Of a stretch of 64,000 nucleotides of DNA, positions 12,095 through 24,955 are shown piece by piece. The notes under the pieces are model-generated. The model did not search any database. It saw nothing but the letters and a program-made list of their open reading frames with translations, and was not told where the DNA came from. Numbering within the stretch: the first letter of the stretch is position 1; each line of letters opens with the position of its first letter. Source of the stretch: Squalus acanthias (taxonomy: Eukaryota); contig CM059441.1 of assembly GCA_030390025.1 (NCBI GenBank), positions 39,122,001 through 39,186,000 on the forward strand, read 5' to 3'. The position numbers and the translations under genes were made by a program.

Positions 12095-13423
12095 CTACAA
12101 AAGCAAGACAAATGTGTGAGACAATGCAAAATATACTGGAATGCAGACTGTTCCTGCAACGTGCATTTAATAAACAATCCAAATCTGATGAGAAGTGCAC
12201 TGAAGTTTGCTGACAATCTGATGAGGTAATAATTTAGGGCTTTAATCAACATACAGACTTGTGGGGTGGATTTCTGCAGGTGTTGTCCTGCTTGTCCACT
12301 GTAACTTTTGCAGAAGAGCAATGAAAACCACAGAAAAACAGCATAAAACGGTGAATAAAACCCAAATGGTTGAGACTTTAAAAAAAAATCCCTCCTATGT
12401 ATTACTGGTAAGGAGTGGATATGCATGAAAAACCTGGAAACACAGAGCTGAAGACAAATGGGCTTCTCTGTTAAAAGTGTCTAACAATGTGCTCTGCAAC
12501 ACTCGAGGCAAATTCTGCAGGCTTACTTGTCCCATTAGAATGATACCACCATACATGTTCGTGCACTTCAGCTCCCAAGGGCCATTCATAAATGGCACCT
12601 TTTTCAAAACAATAAAAAGAGAATTAACTTCAGTTAATTGTAGTTTCTCCCCAATCAAAATGAGCTACAACACTGAATAACAATAAAATAAAGTGAATGT
12701 AGCTAGAGGATTTAGCTACTAACTTCAGAATACTCTCTTATGATGATTATGAATGAGGCCTAATAAGGCCTGCAAACGCAACAGCTGGTTCTCACTATTG
12801 TGTCTTTTTCCATTTTGTTTTTGCAAAATATGCTGGTAAAATATAGTCTCAAATAGGAACTTTAAATGTCATAGTGCTTTACTATAACATACTACTGTTT
12901 ACTTGTTCCGATTCCACTGTGCAATTTAAGATCTGATATCAAGACCACATCAGCAGTCAGTTAAGCCATGCACACAGTCACACGTCCCTTAGGAGTCCAC
13001 TGAGCGCATTGAACGACAGAATCCTGTAACTTTCCTATTACTCATATTAATAAACACGCAACATCAATGCTGAAGTTGCATATTTGGCAATCACAAACTT
13101 AAAATGATTTGTGTTGGTGCAACACCCTGTGAATTCTATACTTACCGCATATGGTATGATTTGCAACCAGAGTATTGCAATTTTGCAGTTTTCTGAATGG
13201 GTTCGAGAGATAAATTACCTGCACTAGTGATGAGCCATCTGTATAAGACTCTCTAAGCATTGCACTGACACCAGCACCAGAACAAAGTTAAAAATTATAG
13301 AGGCACTAGCCTTACATGTCAAAATGTCTTCTTGTATGATCTACATATAAACTGTCAAAATCATTAACTATGCAACTTTCAAGTTTTCCCTAGAAATGGT
13401 TGCTGCCGTCACCTGTCATTCTC

Positions 13424-13820
13424 CAGCTGTGGCTCACTGGTAGCACTCTCACTTGAGTCAGAAGGTTGTGGGTTCAACTCCCATACCAGGGACTTGAGCA
13501 CAAAAATTCTAGGATGACACTCCAGTGCAGTACTGAGGGAGTTGTCGTCTTTCGGATGAGACGTTAAACCGGGGTCCCGTATGCCCCCTCACGCGGATGT
13601 AAAAGATCCCATGACACTATTTCGAAGAGCAGCAGGGGAGTTCTCCCCGGTGACCAATATTTATCCCTCAACCTACATTGCCAAAAGTTATCTGGTCATT
13701 ATCTCATTGCTGTTTGTGGGACCTTGCTGTGCGCAAATTAGTTGCTGCATTTCCTACATTACATCAGTAACTGCACTTCAAAAAAGTACTTCATTGGCTG
13801 TAAACGCTTTTGGACATGGA
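13424..13820 (+). mobile_element. SacSINE1-like DeuSINE
   Basis: tRNA-derived head (TGGCTCACTGGTAG ... GGTTCAACTCC) and Deu-like core GATGAGACGTTAAACCG. The tail is truncated. Confidence 0.85.
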
Positions 13821-14529
13821 CTTCTCCATAGCTATCGTTAGTGACGATCAATAATTGTCTGACAGTTATTATTTGGTATGACAGGGCTGGTTCTGCCATT
13901 TGTTTTTCTCCTGGAAACAGCTCTCAGTTGAGATCCCTTCAGAACATGTGAAACGATCCAAACTATGTTATTTGGGAGTTTTGACCGATCAGCTCCCACA
14001 CTTGCCTTTTAAATTGCTCCCTCCCCTAAAGCAAACTTTTTTTCCCTCAGAATTGTACATCTGATCATGCGGCACTTACCTTACAGTGCTGCTGCCAGGG
14101 CCAGCTCAATTTCAGTGATACCACCTCCAGTGAATTAGAGGCCTACTTGAAGAGGTATTCTCCAAGACACCTTTGGAGGTAGATACTGCTGGAGGAGCAA
14201 CGCAAATCATTTGGTCTGTACGGATCTTCCTCACCTATTTAGGAAGGTCTGACAGCTAGACACAAATGTCATGCTTTAAACAACTTGTGCACATGCAAGC
14301 ATGCCCGTGCACAGTTATTTGTCTGTTGCCCATGGTGCTGTGGAACCAAGCCCTGAGAGTAGCAGTTATGTCAAATTAATGCAATATGCAAATGCACAAA
14401 TTTATTATAGCTTATTTCAGTCCCGCCCATGAGCTGATCGGCAGGTGATGCTTGGAATGCAGGGAGCGTGTATTTTTTCTTATTTCCTTCTTTATCTTGA
14501 GCATTGGTCCTACTTTATATGCAAATGTG

Positions 14530-14973
14530 TCAGCCGTGGCTCAGTTGGTAGCACCCTCGCCTCTGAGTCAAAAGGTTGTGGGTTCAAGTCCCACTCCAGA
14601 GACTTGAGCACAAAAACTCCAGTGCAGTACTGAGGGAGCGCTACACTGTCGAAGGTGCTGTCTTTTGGATGAGACGTTAAACCGAGGCCTGGTCTGTTCT
14701 CTCAGGTGGACTATTTCGAAGAAGAGCAGGAGAGTTATCCCCGGTATCCTGGCCAATATTTATCCCTCAATTAACATCACAAAAACAGATTACATCTGGT
14801 CATTATCACATTGCTCTTTGTGGGAGCTTGCTGTGCGCAAATTGGCTGCTGCGTTTCCTACATTACAACAGTGACTACACGTCAAAAAAGTACTTCATTG
14901 GCTGTAAAGCGCTTTGGGAGATCCTGATGTCGTGAAAGGCGCTATATAAATGCAAGTCTTTCTTTTTTCTTTT
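14530..14973 (+). mobile_element. SacSINE1-like DeuSINE, near full length
   Basis: A box TGGCTCAGTTGG, B box GGTTCAAGTCC, Deu core, L2-like tail GGCGCTATATAAATGCAAG followed by (TCTT)n. Confidence 0.9.
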
Positions 14974-16442
14974 TAATCATTACCAGTACTTGCATCAGAG
15001 GTCAGTCAGCATTTGCAACGTAAAAAATTGAGGAAGAAAATCTAAAAGAGCAAGCAAAAGATTCACTATAAACTGCTGTTATCAGCACGACCCTAGATTC
15101 TGCAAGGTAAAAATGACAAACAGGAGGTTCCGCTGGAGAAGCAGAAAAAGATCGAATTCAGAACCTGAATCTCAAGTCAGAAGCAGATTGATTCTTTGTC
15201 ACAGTCACCCAAGACAGAGGCAAGGAAAAAGAGACAGCTGTTTCACACCCGAAGGGGTAACTTACCCCTCCCCAAAATCATGGACCAAACTGAACACTAA
15301 GGCAACACTAAAGCAGTAAATAGGAAGCTCAAAGTGCTTGATAAATGCAGTTCACACAAGGCAACAAAAAGGACTGTGACTCATGAAAGAATCTTTGCAC
15401 ATGTTCATGTCTATTTGTTGCACAGACTAATACAAATGTAAATGGAAGGGGCTAAATTCAGAAAACGAACATTAATGAGTCTTGCTATCTGCTACTCGGT
15501 ATTCCTGCGCTACAACTTCAAACAGATAGTCATAAATAAATAAAATTCACGTCACAATTTATCTTCGATTTAAAATGATTGGAGAACACAACACCTGCTC
15601 CCAAGACCCCCCCCTCAAGGTGATGCATCCACTTTATTTTTTAAATTTATCAACACCATCACTTTAAGTTTGTTACATAGAATCCAGTAAGTCTAGACTA
15701 ATCTCTTATGAAAATCACTTTATTCTACTTTGCTACAGAGAGCTAAAAATCTGGTCTATCTACTGCAATGGACATTGGTCAATATTACACTAAAATTTCA
15801 TTTACGGGGATGCAGATTGATTATGAGGAATTAAATCTTGGCATTCAAATCCCATATAGATTAATCACTTAAAAAGGAATGGACAAGTATTTGAAAAGGA
15901 AGAATATAAAAAGGAGAGGGAAGAATTTAAAAAGATGCAGGCAATGGGATTAGCCGAAAGCTGTGGTTGAAGAACTAGCACCCGCACGGGCGTGATGGAC
16001 TCCTTCTGTGCTGTAATTTCCATGATTAAATCATTTGTGTGTCTTCTAATGCCAAAGAATTTCCACATTTCTTCAGTTCCTTTGTGTTTATTTCTAGAAT
16101 GTAATTTTCTCAATTTCATTTGAGAAAAATTGCAGTTAAATTTTACAAAGCTCGAGTACACTTTCAAATCTCATGAGACTCTGATTTAGTCTGACTTCTT
16201 TCCTAATATAAACGCTCCATACCTAGAGCCACATACTATAAATAGTTCTTATTGTATCTTCTTGTTACTTCCAGAAATATCAAAATGTACATTAGAAACT
16301 GCAGATTATATCGAGAAATTTAGCCCCCAGTAATGAATATTTTCAATGCCTATTTTAATGCTGGTGGCACCATGCATGAATGGGAATGTAAGTGAGAACA
16401 TTGGAAAGAAACAGCGATATATATAAATATAGAGAGAGAAAC

Positions 16443-16544
16443 CTGGACTCCTTGGCTGAACGAATGCAGCGGTAGAGGCGGAAGCGAAGGCCTGTGAGTA
16501 GTGCACGTGTGACAGTAACAGCATCTGCTATTAGGTGGCTGCAC
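16443..16544 (-). CDS. ANKS1A: ANKS1A probable alternative cassette exon (VQPPNSRCCYCHTCTTHRPSLPPLPLHSFSQGVQ)
   Basis: 102 bp, phase 0/0, open in frame, tag acceptor and weak CAG|GTTTCT donor. Resembles the SRCCxCHTCTTHRPS insert recalled from longer mammalian Anks1 isoforms. Confidence 0.75.
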
Positions 16545-17595
16545 CTAGTTCATTTGGCAAGAAACGACAGCAGAGTCATTAGTGAACCCAGTTACGGCGT
16601 AGTGTAAAATCCAGCTTTCTAAATCAGCAGAAAAATGTATTAATCGAACCCACTCATTTATTGATCGACTGCCACTGGTCACTAATGTATCATACAGAGC
16701 AGAGCAATGGAGCACAAAGTTACAACAATTCTTAAGCAAGCTCAAAATGTAAATGAGCTTTTTACTATTTGCTCAGTTTTTTTTTATAACACTGAAGTCA
16801 GTTTATTATTTCGGTGGAGAAGATTTGTATTCATCAAGGTGAGGGATGTTGGCACTGGTGAATAGGACATTTTCCTATTTCAGATACCTAATGCCAATAT
16901 TCAGCACGCCCCAGACAAGTATAGCGCTGGCTAGATATAAAGTAAAGCTCCCTCCACTCAATCCCAATGATATGTCTGCACCCTTCCTCAAGAGAAACAC
17001 TCAAGTTAGGGTGGCTCAGTAGCTAATTAAGCATTGGATGAAAGCCTGAGCTTGAATCCTAGCTTCGAATGGCATGGGGGCTTTGGTTGGCTGTTGCTTG
17101 GGGAACTCTACAAAGAACAATGCACTGGCAGACTGTTCACCTTCTATCAAAGGCACCTTTGATGGTGACAACAGATTTCGGTGTCCTAAACTATTCAGTC
17201 TTTGTTCCCGGTTGAAACAGTGACTACTGTCGTGTGGAGACAGTGGGGTCAACTTTTATCCTATCAAAGTGCTCTAACATAAAGAATTACTACTGTGCAC
17301 AAGCATTTTACTGACAAAAGCCCAATCTGGTGGAACAGAATGTATATGTTGCTACAAGTTGTATTTGCCCATACAACATGCCTTAATAATCCTGACAATT
17401 AAAAGAAAATCACATTTACAGGGTCACTACCAGAATCTAAACCCAATAATACCTTCCTGAAGTATATAATATTTCTCTTGTAACAATTCAGAGTTTCATC
17501 AATTTTGTTAAATCACGTTAAGAGCCTACTGTGTGTATTCAGTGTATTACAGATTGAATTACATCTTCAACACTTGAGGATTTGTGGATACTCAC

Positions 17596-17772
17596 AGTAG
17601 ATTTTCTCATGCTGGATCGTGGTTTGGGGACTGGTTTAGAAGACCTCACCTCCGCAGACTCCATCTCAGCTGTGGAATAAGACTTCTGAGACGGTTTCTG
17701 GGCTTGCAGTGCAAGCTGGTAGGCCACTTCAAATGCCTGTCCTAGTGTAAGGATTATTTCATACGTTAAATT
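17596..17772 (-). CDS. ANKS1A: ANKS1A exon, PTB C-terminal helix and tail ([26 protein letters not shown]...[16 protein letters not shown])
   Basis: 177 bp, ttcccag acceptor, GTGAGT donor. [15 protein letters not shown] motif. Confidence 0.97.
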
Positions 17773-18456
17773 CTGGGAACAAAAAATAAAGCAATGAATG
17801 AGATATTATTTTAGTTTTTATTTCACGTTTCAATACCGTGTTATATAGTAATTTCTACTGTGTCCTTAGTCATTTTATTATATAGTGAACTTAACAAATC
17901 AAACCCCTATTAATCAACCTGTAAAACACCATTCTATTTTAATAAGGTGTCCAAGTTGTGAATTCCTATGGTGCTACACTCAAGCCTGCTGGCCATACAG
18001 GATGTGGTTGATTTATAACCGAATGCAGTAACATGGTGAATGAATATTGCCACTATATAAATACAATTTGAAAACAAAACAGGCATTATCACTTATCTAA
18101 TTATATACACTGTCATAGTCTGCATTGCACTCACCGTGCAAGGACATATATATCAAAGAATGTGTCACTAAAGGACTCCACCAGGCTGAATCCAGGTTGT
18201 AAAAATCACAATAGCAGTTTTATATATTATTATGGATGGAAACCGAAACTTGGTAAAGGTTTTACATCAGGGAGTACTCTGAGACAAGACACTACAATGG
18301 CTTTATTCTAAAGAGCTTGTTTGAAATATATGCTGGGCATGTGTTTTACAAAACACAAAACATCTTCTACAGAGCTCCCACCTTCGCCTATTTCCAACAC
18401 TAGATGAGGAAACATGTTGCTTAGCCTTAGCTCCAAGTACACCCTGCTATTCAATG

Positions 18457-18544
18457 CTTCACCCGACGAAGGAGTAGTAACTCCGAAAGCTTGTGATTTC
18501 AAATAAAACTGTTGGACTATAACCTGGTGTTGTGCGACCTCTCA
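18457..18544 (+). mobile_element. Solo arm of the Penelope-like hammerhead family
   Basis: tcac-CCGACGA-a-GGAGT(agta)ACTCC-GAAAGCTT-gtga, then the family tail CTGTTGGACTATAACCTGGTGTTGTGCGAC. Confidence 0.8.
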
Positions 18545-19530
18545 ATTCTGAGAGTAGCAGGAGGGGCCTAGAGCTGTTGATGACAAATCATGTTCATGTA
18601 CCTAGCCTTGGAAAACACTTAAGGAGGTGGCGGCCCCAATCAGAAGAGCAACTACCTCACGGTGAGTTTCTTAAAAAAATGACCTGTGACTTGTATAATA
18701 ATAGCTCTTTACATTTTAGATGGAATTTCTTTTTAACTGGGGGGCATGGCTATTGGAGAGCCTCATCTTGCAATATTCCTTTAGTCTCGTGCCCAAGTTG
18801 GCATTATGCTACATCATTTGGCTGTAGTCATGCAATCTTGAATAGGACACCTCATCTGATGGTTTTGAATGGGAAGTGGCAAAATATTAAAGCTTTCCAA
18901 AACTGCAATCTGAAGATGTCAAATTTATTAACAATTATATAAACAATAGTCATAACCTTCACCAAACTGTACCTAATTTGTCCAGGAATAGTGAGGAACC
19001 AAGGGGCTAATGAGAGTGAGGAACTTAAAGCAATTAATATCAGTAGAGAAAAAGTACTTGAGAAACTAATGGGCTAAAAGCCGACAAATCCCCTGGACCT
19101 GATGGCCTACATCCTAGGGTTCTAAAAGAGGTGGCTGCAGAGATAGTGGATGCATTGGTTGTGATCTTCCAAAATTCCTTAGATTCTTGAACGGTCTCAG
19201 CGGAATGGAAGGTAGCAAATGTAACTCCGCTATTCAAGAAAGGAGGGAGAGAGAAAACAGGGAACTGCAGGCCAGTTAGCCTGGCATCAGTCGTCAGGAA
19301 AATGCTGAATCCATTATTAAGGAAGTGGTAACAGGGCACTTAGAAAATCATAATATGATTAGGTAGAGTCAACATGGTTTTATGAAAGGGAAATCGTGTT
19401 TAACAAACTTAGAGTTTTTTTGAGGATGTAACTAGCATGGTAGATAGTGGATGTAGTATATTTGGATTTTCAAAAGGCATTCGATAAGGTACCACATAAA
19501 AGGTTGCTAAGCAAGATAAGGACTCATGGG

Positions 19531-19644
19531 AAATAACAACAGAAAACGCTGGAAAAACTCAGCAGGCCAGGCAGCATCCGTGGAAAGAGAAACAGAGTTA
19601 ACGTTTCAGGTCAAAGACCTTTCGTCAGAACTGGGATTGGGACT
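19531..19644 (-). mobile_element. Penelope-like short insertion nested in CR1
   Basis: 11-bp TSD GGACTCATGGG at 19520-19530 and 19645-19655. Contains an intact hammerhead core. Confidence 0.85.
19596..19632 (-). ncRNA. Minimal type I hammerhead ribozyme motif
   Basis: agtt-CUGACGA-a-AGGUC(uuu)GACCU-GAAA-CG-UU-aacu: helix I agtt/aact, palindromic ACGU helix III. Confidence 0.75.
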
Positions 19645-20976
19645 GGACTCATGGGGTTGGGGGTAATATATTAGCATGGATAGAGGATTGGTTAACAGAC
19701 AGAAAACAGAGAGTAGGGATAAACGGGTCATTTTCCGGTTGGCAGGCTGTAACTAGTGGGGTGCCAAAAAGATCAGTGCTTGGGCCTCGGCTGTTTACAA
19801 TCTACATAAATGACTTAGATGAAGGGACCGAGTGCAATGTATCCAAGTTTGCTGACAATACAAAGCTAGGTGGGAAAGTAAGATGTGAGGAAGACACAAA
19901 GAGCCTGCAAAGGGATATAGACAGGTTAAGTGAGTGGGCAATAAGGTGGCAGATAGAGTATAATGTGGGGAAATGTGAGGTTATTCACTTTGGTAGAAGA
20001 ATAGAAAAACAGAATATTTTTTAAATGGTGAGAAACTATTAAATGTTAGCGTTCAGAGAGATTTAGGTGTCCTCGTACAGGTAACACAGAAAGTTAGCAT
20101 GCAGGTACAGTAAGTAATTAGGAAAGCCAATGGCATGTTGGCCTTTATTGCAAGGGGGTTGGAGTACAAGAGTAAGGAAGTCTTGCTACAATTATACAGG
20201 GCTTTGGTGAGACCACACATGGAGTGCTGTGCACAATTTTGGTCTCCTTATGCCTTGGAGGCAGTGCAACAAAGGTTTACTAGATTGATCCCTGGGATGC
20301 GAGGTCTGTCCTATGATGAGAAATTGTGTAGAATGGGCCTATACTCTCTGGCGTTTAGAAGAATGAGAGGTGATCTCATTGAAACATATAAGATTCTGAG
20401 GGGGATTGACAGGGTAGATGCTGAGAGGTTGTTTCCCCGGGCTGGAGAATCTAGGATTAGGGAGCACAGTCTCAGGATAAGGGGTTGGCCATTTAAGACT
20501 GAGATGAGGAGGAATTTCTTCACTCAAAGGGTTGTGAATCTTTGGAATTTTCTACCCCAAAGGGCTGTGGATGCTGAATGATTGAGTAGATTGAAGGCTG
20601 AGATAGATAGATTTTTTGACTCTAGGGGAATCAAGGGATATGGAGATGGGGTGGGAAAGTGGAGTTGAGGTCGAAGATTAGCCATGATCTTATTGAATGG
20701 CGGAGCAGGCTCGAGGGGCCGTATGGCCTACTCCTGCTCCTAATTCTTATGTTCTTATGATTAACAAAGCATACAACTCAATGATCAGATAAAAATAGCA
20801 ACATAAACTAAAGCTGGTCAGTGATATCCAAGAAAAGGGGTTGGGGTCATATTTGGCCACAGGGACAAGCTATTACAAAGGAATTGAAAGCTACCGTCAT
20901 GCCACCTGGAGGAGAGCACAATGCACAACATCATTTGGTTACTTCTTTTGACAATGAAAGAATAATAATGACATAC

Positions 20977-21114
20977 TACATCAAGTGTGCTGAAAACGTG
21001 GCAATAGTGGTGATTTGTCTGTAGGTCTTTAGTGATGTAAGCAAATGTACAAAGGTCTTCAGGGTCCTGGGCAGCACAGGAAATATTGCGGATTTCATGC
21101 TCAGCGATAATATT
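20977..21114 (-). CDS. ANKS1A: ANKS1A PTB exon ([46 protein letters not shown])
   Basis: 138 bp, taacag acceptor, GTATGT donor. PTB core motifs ISCAAQD, FAYITKD and HYCHVF. Confidence 0.97.
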
Positions 21115-23615
21115 CTGTTAATGAAACAAAACAAACATTATTAAATGGTTTGGAAAGTTTTCCATTCTAGAAAAAAAAAACTCCACAACAAAGAAACTGG
21201 GGGGCGGGGGTTGTGGAATTATGCCAAGCATATTTACTGTGTGTGACACCTTATTGGGACAAGTCACTTTCAATTTACCCAGCAAGTCATATAAAAATAC
21301 ATAAAGGATGGCTGGCAGCAAAGTAACAAGATAGTAATTTAATTAAGTTGCTCTGATATCATAAGCCATTTGATTAAATTAGTGCCATTCTCCCTGGCAG
21401 GTATATTAGCCTCCTACAAAAGCATGCACTCTCATCAATTGGGCCATCGTCTGTCCAAGAGGATGGGGCAGGTGACCTGCACCAAGGTACCATCAATGCT
21501 GCTTTTAACCAGTCACCAGAAGATCCATGAATGTGACGTGGGAGAGGTGGTACATTCGACATTTCCTCTTCCTGCATATTCTCCACTCTTGGCAGGGAAG
21601 CAACTCAGCTGAGAATGGAAACTAAACAGACCCAACCTGTGACCTATTATTCTACAAGCTGAACATGATACTCTAATAGGCTGCACTACTGCACTGTACT
21701 ATATTGGACTATATACTATAAGCAACATTCACTTTTAGTTTATTTTTTTACTGCTGCAGAAACATGGAGCATGGATGTTGATTTGTTCTGTGCAAAGTGC
21801 AAGGACAATTTAAGGGCAGTATCTGCCAGTATCAAGGCTTTTCTTGTTGCTCAATTTGTCCTAACTACAAAGCATCTAAGTGTACATAAATGACCCTTTC
21901 ACTGTGTCTGGCTTTGCTGTCAATATATGTTTGTTACAGTGGCACAGAACAAAAGATTTTACACTGTCAGCAGTAGCGTATCTCTTGGAGGTAGTAGAAC
22001 TAATGGCGTGATATAATGACAAACTTCAGCTGGCAGCCTGCTAATTAAAATATAGTTTGGATCATGAGAGCTGCAAAGACAATTTGAAATAACTATGTCA
22101 GCAGGAACTGGAAATCTGTACCCTAAGCCAGATCAGGAGAGATTCACGACACTTTGTAGACTTCACAGAAACAAGAGAAGTACCAGTGAGAGAACTATAA
22201 TGTTGGTTTGATGGAGGGTTTCTGCTGGCGTAATGCAGAAATATTTCTAGAACCCTTCAGTGTCGTTCCTACACTACTGCTTTATGTAGTGAACTGCACG
22301 GTTTAATACAGATATACAGTGTTACTGGCTTTAGCCATTTTTATCTATCTTGACAGGAATTTCTGTATTTTGCAGGAAAAAGAACGCTGCCTATCCCACA
22401 CTTGAAAGCATGACATTGAAAGTGGCGCACATGGAAAATATACAGCACACTTGCACCTAACAGCAATAAATCACAATTGAGCAATCTTATAAAAAAGAAA
22501 GCCAGTCACTTCGTGCTGAGCTTGTTAACATGGCTGCTCCAAAGGGAAGGACCCAGAAAATATCGAGCTTAAACACAGCTCCATTGTAGCCGCTCCAGAC
22601 CCCAGACTACCCATGAACAATGTACTGAAACACCAACTAGTATGGGTACAAAGATACCCAAAGCAAAATAAGAAAATCTGGTAATTTACCTAGGGAGGAG
22701 AGAGGCACAGGCAGACAGATGTAGACATAGACCTATTAACAGGTTGCAATGATTTGACACTGGGACATTGTGGGCCGCATTCAATAGAACAGGCAGCATA
22801 AATAGATCCTTAATAGGGGTATATCCAAGAATTTTTTTTTTTTAATTTTCAATGCACATAACCCATTGTGGGAGACATTTGTACATTGGTCTCAATTACA
22901 GTATTGCAGTTAACATTAAGCGTATCAGAATTTTGTTTTCACAACTTTTGTGTTGCATTTTCATAATTTTGGACGGATAAAAACACAAGAAAATGACACC
23001 TCGATCTGCCCTTGGGATAATCTGTATTCTATGCAAAACATAAAATAATTGAAGGGCAGTGGGGGTAGGGAGAGTGGAGCAAGAAGTCACTCGATTTCGA
23101 GGTCTTATGCCTATCACTCCATAATAACTTAGAATACAAAATTAAATGGAAAAACGATATTAGATCATGAGATATCAAGTCAAGCAAGTTTGAAATAGGC
23201 ACTTCAATAAATAAATAGCAGTGAGCATGACAATGCCATTAAATGTCAACAGGACAGATGAGGAAGTAAAACGCCTGAGTGTGTTTTGCTGGGACTTGAA
23301 TAAATCCATTGGCAGATTAAGACTCAGTATGCAATAATAAACATGCCATTTCTAGAGGGCAAGACAGCTCAGTCCTTTTTTACGTGCGTCAGATTTAAGT
23401 GTGGTAAGAATAATTTTTTTAAATATATGTAGGATATTATTGCATTCACAAGATGACAAGCGATATATAGGCAACCCAATACAAAACAAATGTAAAATCT
23501 AATGTTCATTTTTCTGTAATTGTATGAAGCTAAGAAAATTAACTAAAAATTCAATTGAAAGGCAGGATATATAAGATACAATGAAAGTAGTGATGCTTAA
23601 TAATTCCACAAGTAC

Positions 23616-23702
23616 CTTGTTGAAGGCATCAATAAATTTTACACCTTTGTATGTGATGGAGAGGAAAATAGTTGGAATCTTTTTCATTTGTTCAGTAGAT
23701 TT
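23616..23702 (-). CDS. ANKS1A: ANKS1A PTB exon ([29 protein letters not shown])
   Basis: 87 bp, cttgtctag acceptor, AAG|GTAC donor, in frame with flanking exons. Confidence 0.96.
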
Positions 23703-23789
23703 CTAGACAAGAGCACAGGGGAAACATTAAAGACTCAAACATAGTTTAGTCCAAAATACTGTGTCAATTTGTGACCAATAGATACAAAC

Positions 23790-23861
23790 CCTCATCTTTG
23801 CACAAGCATCTTGTGTCGATTCTGTCCCCTTTAGCTCTTTAATCAGCATGGAACCCAAATA
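23790..23861 (-). CDS. ANKS1A: ANKS1A PTB exon ([24 protein letters not shown])
   Basis: 72 bp, ttgttgcag acceptor, GT donor, carries the PTB signature YLGS. Followed by an 87-bp intron. Confidence 0.96.
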
Positions 23862-24269
23862 CTGCAACAAATGAAGACAGTTATTCACAATAGCTCCAAA
23901 AAGTAAATTGCCTTGGATTATCCTGTAAAATGTTCTTTGAATTAAAACTTTTTACAACACTTTTTGGGGAGAGGAGTGAATAATAAGTCACATGCTTTTC
24001 AAAATTTATAGATGTAAAGCTATAAAAAAAACACTTATATCCAACATATGCTTCACACTTCAGTCATGCACTTTGTAAAACACTAAAAGTGTAACTGAAC
24101 AATCTTACAAAAGGAGGGAGCGGGGGAAAGCAGTTATTTCCTGCTAGTTTTTTTTGGCCTGCAGATAACCTAACCTCTGAAGAGCCGCCAAGCAGCTGCC
24201 TACCTAGGGAAGCTTCCAATAGCAATTTTCCTCATTATGTGTCTTTTTAAGACCACTTTTCCACAGTAA

Positions 24270-24955
24270 GGGGGCGAAATTCCCCTCATTTGCGCCTCTG
24301 CAGGAGGTCAGCGGCAGCACTACCAGGTAGCGCCCCGATCTTCTGTGCATGGAGATCATGACGTCATCTCCGGGTGCAGCGACCCGGAAGAAAAATTCGC
24401 AATCACGCCCTGCAGCAGCGCCGGGCGACGTTACCGACTGCTGCAGGGGTCGCAAACACTGAGGCCGGCTGCTCGCGGGCGCAACTTAAAGGTGCGGTGG
24501 GCGGCCGGCCAAAAAAATCTGACTTTTTAAAAATATTTATTTTCGGCCACCGGTCGTGGCGTCTGTGCCGCGATCGGTCAGCCTGGCACTCTGCATGAGT
24601 GCTGGGCTGATCGCGTGGCACTCCCGCTCCCCGGTGGCCCACATATCTAAAAATAATCCTGCAGAGTTCACAGCGTGGGAGCCCTTCCCTTTAATGCAGG
24701 GAAGAGCCCCTGCAACGCGGCAGCGCCATGCTTGGCCACTTGTGGCGCTGCTGAACACTTTGCCCCGGATCGGGACATTCCCCGTCTCTTGCGCTCCAAG
24801 AGGCAAGTGGAGCACTTGATTTAGCGCTCTGCTTCCCTCTTGGAAGAAAAAATGGGAATTTAACTAATCTTTGAAAAGGTTAGCGCCTGGCGCTAACTTT
24901 CCAAACTTTTTTTTACTTAGCACCCCAAATGGCCCTCTAGGGGAATTTCACCCCC
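24270..24955. mobile_element. PIF/Harbinger-type MITE
   Basis: TIR GGGGGCGAAATTCCCC / GGGGAATTTCACCCCC (15 of 16 match), TAA target-site duplication, CpG-rich interior. Confidence 0.88.

Larger units (their letters stand above)
18987..20759 (+). mobile_element. 5'-truncated CR1 LINE (RT region, disrupted)
   Basis: Motifs SPGPDGLHP, KFADNTKL and YRALVRPH with frameshifts and stops, tail TTCTTATGTTCTTATG. Interrupted at 19531-19644. Confidence 0.95.

Noticed and set aside
14530-14610. tRNA-like sequence with A and B boxes (also 13424-13495)
   Set aside because: It is the head of a SINE and continues directly into the Deu core and L2-like tail.
24270-24955. CpG-island or internal promoter
   Set aside because: The CpG-rich block is bounded exactly by TIRs and a TAA TSD, so a MITE explains it.
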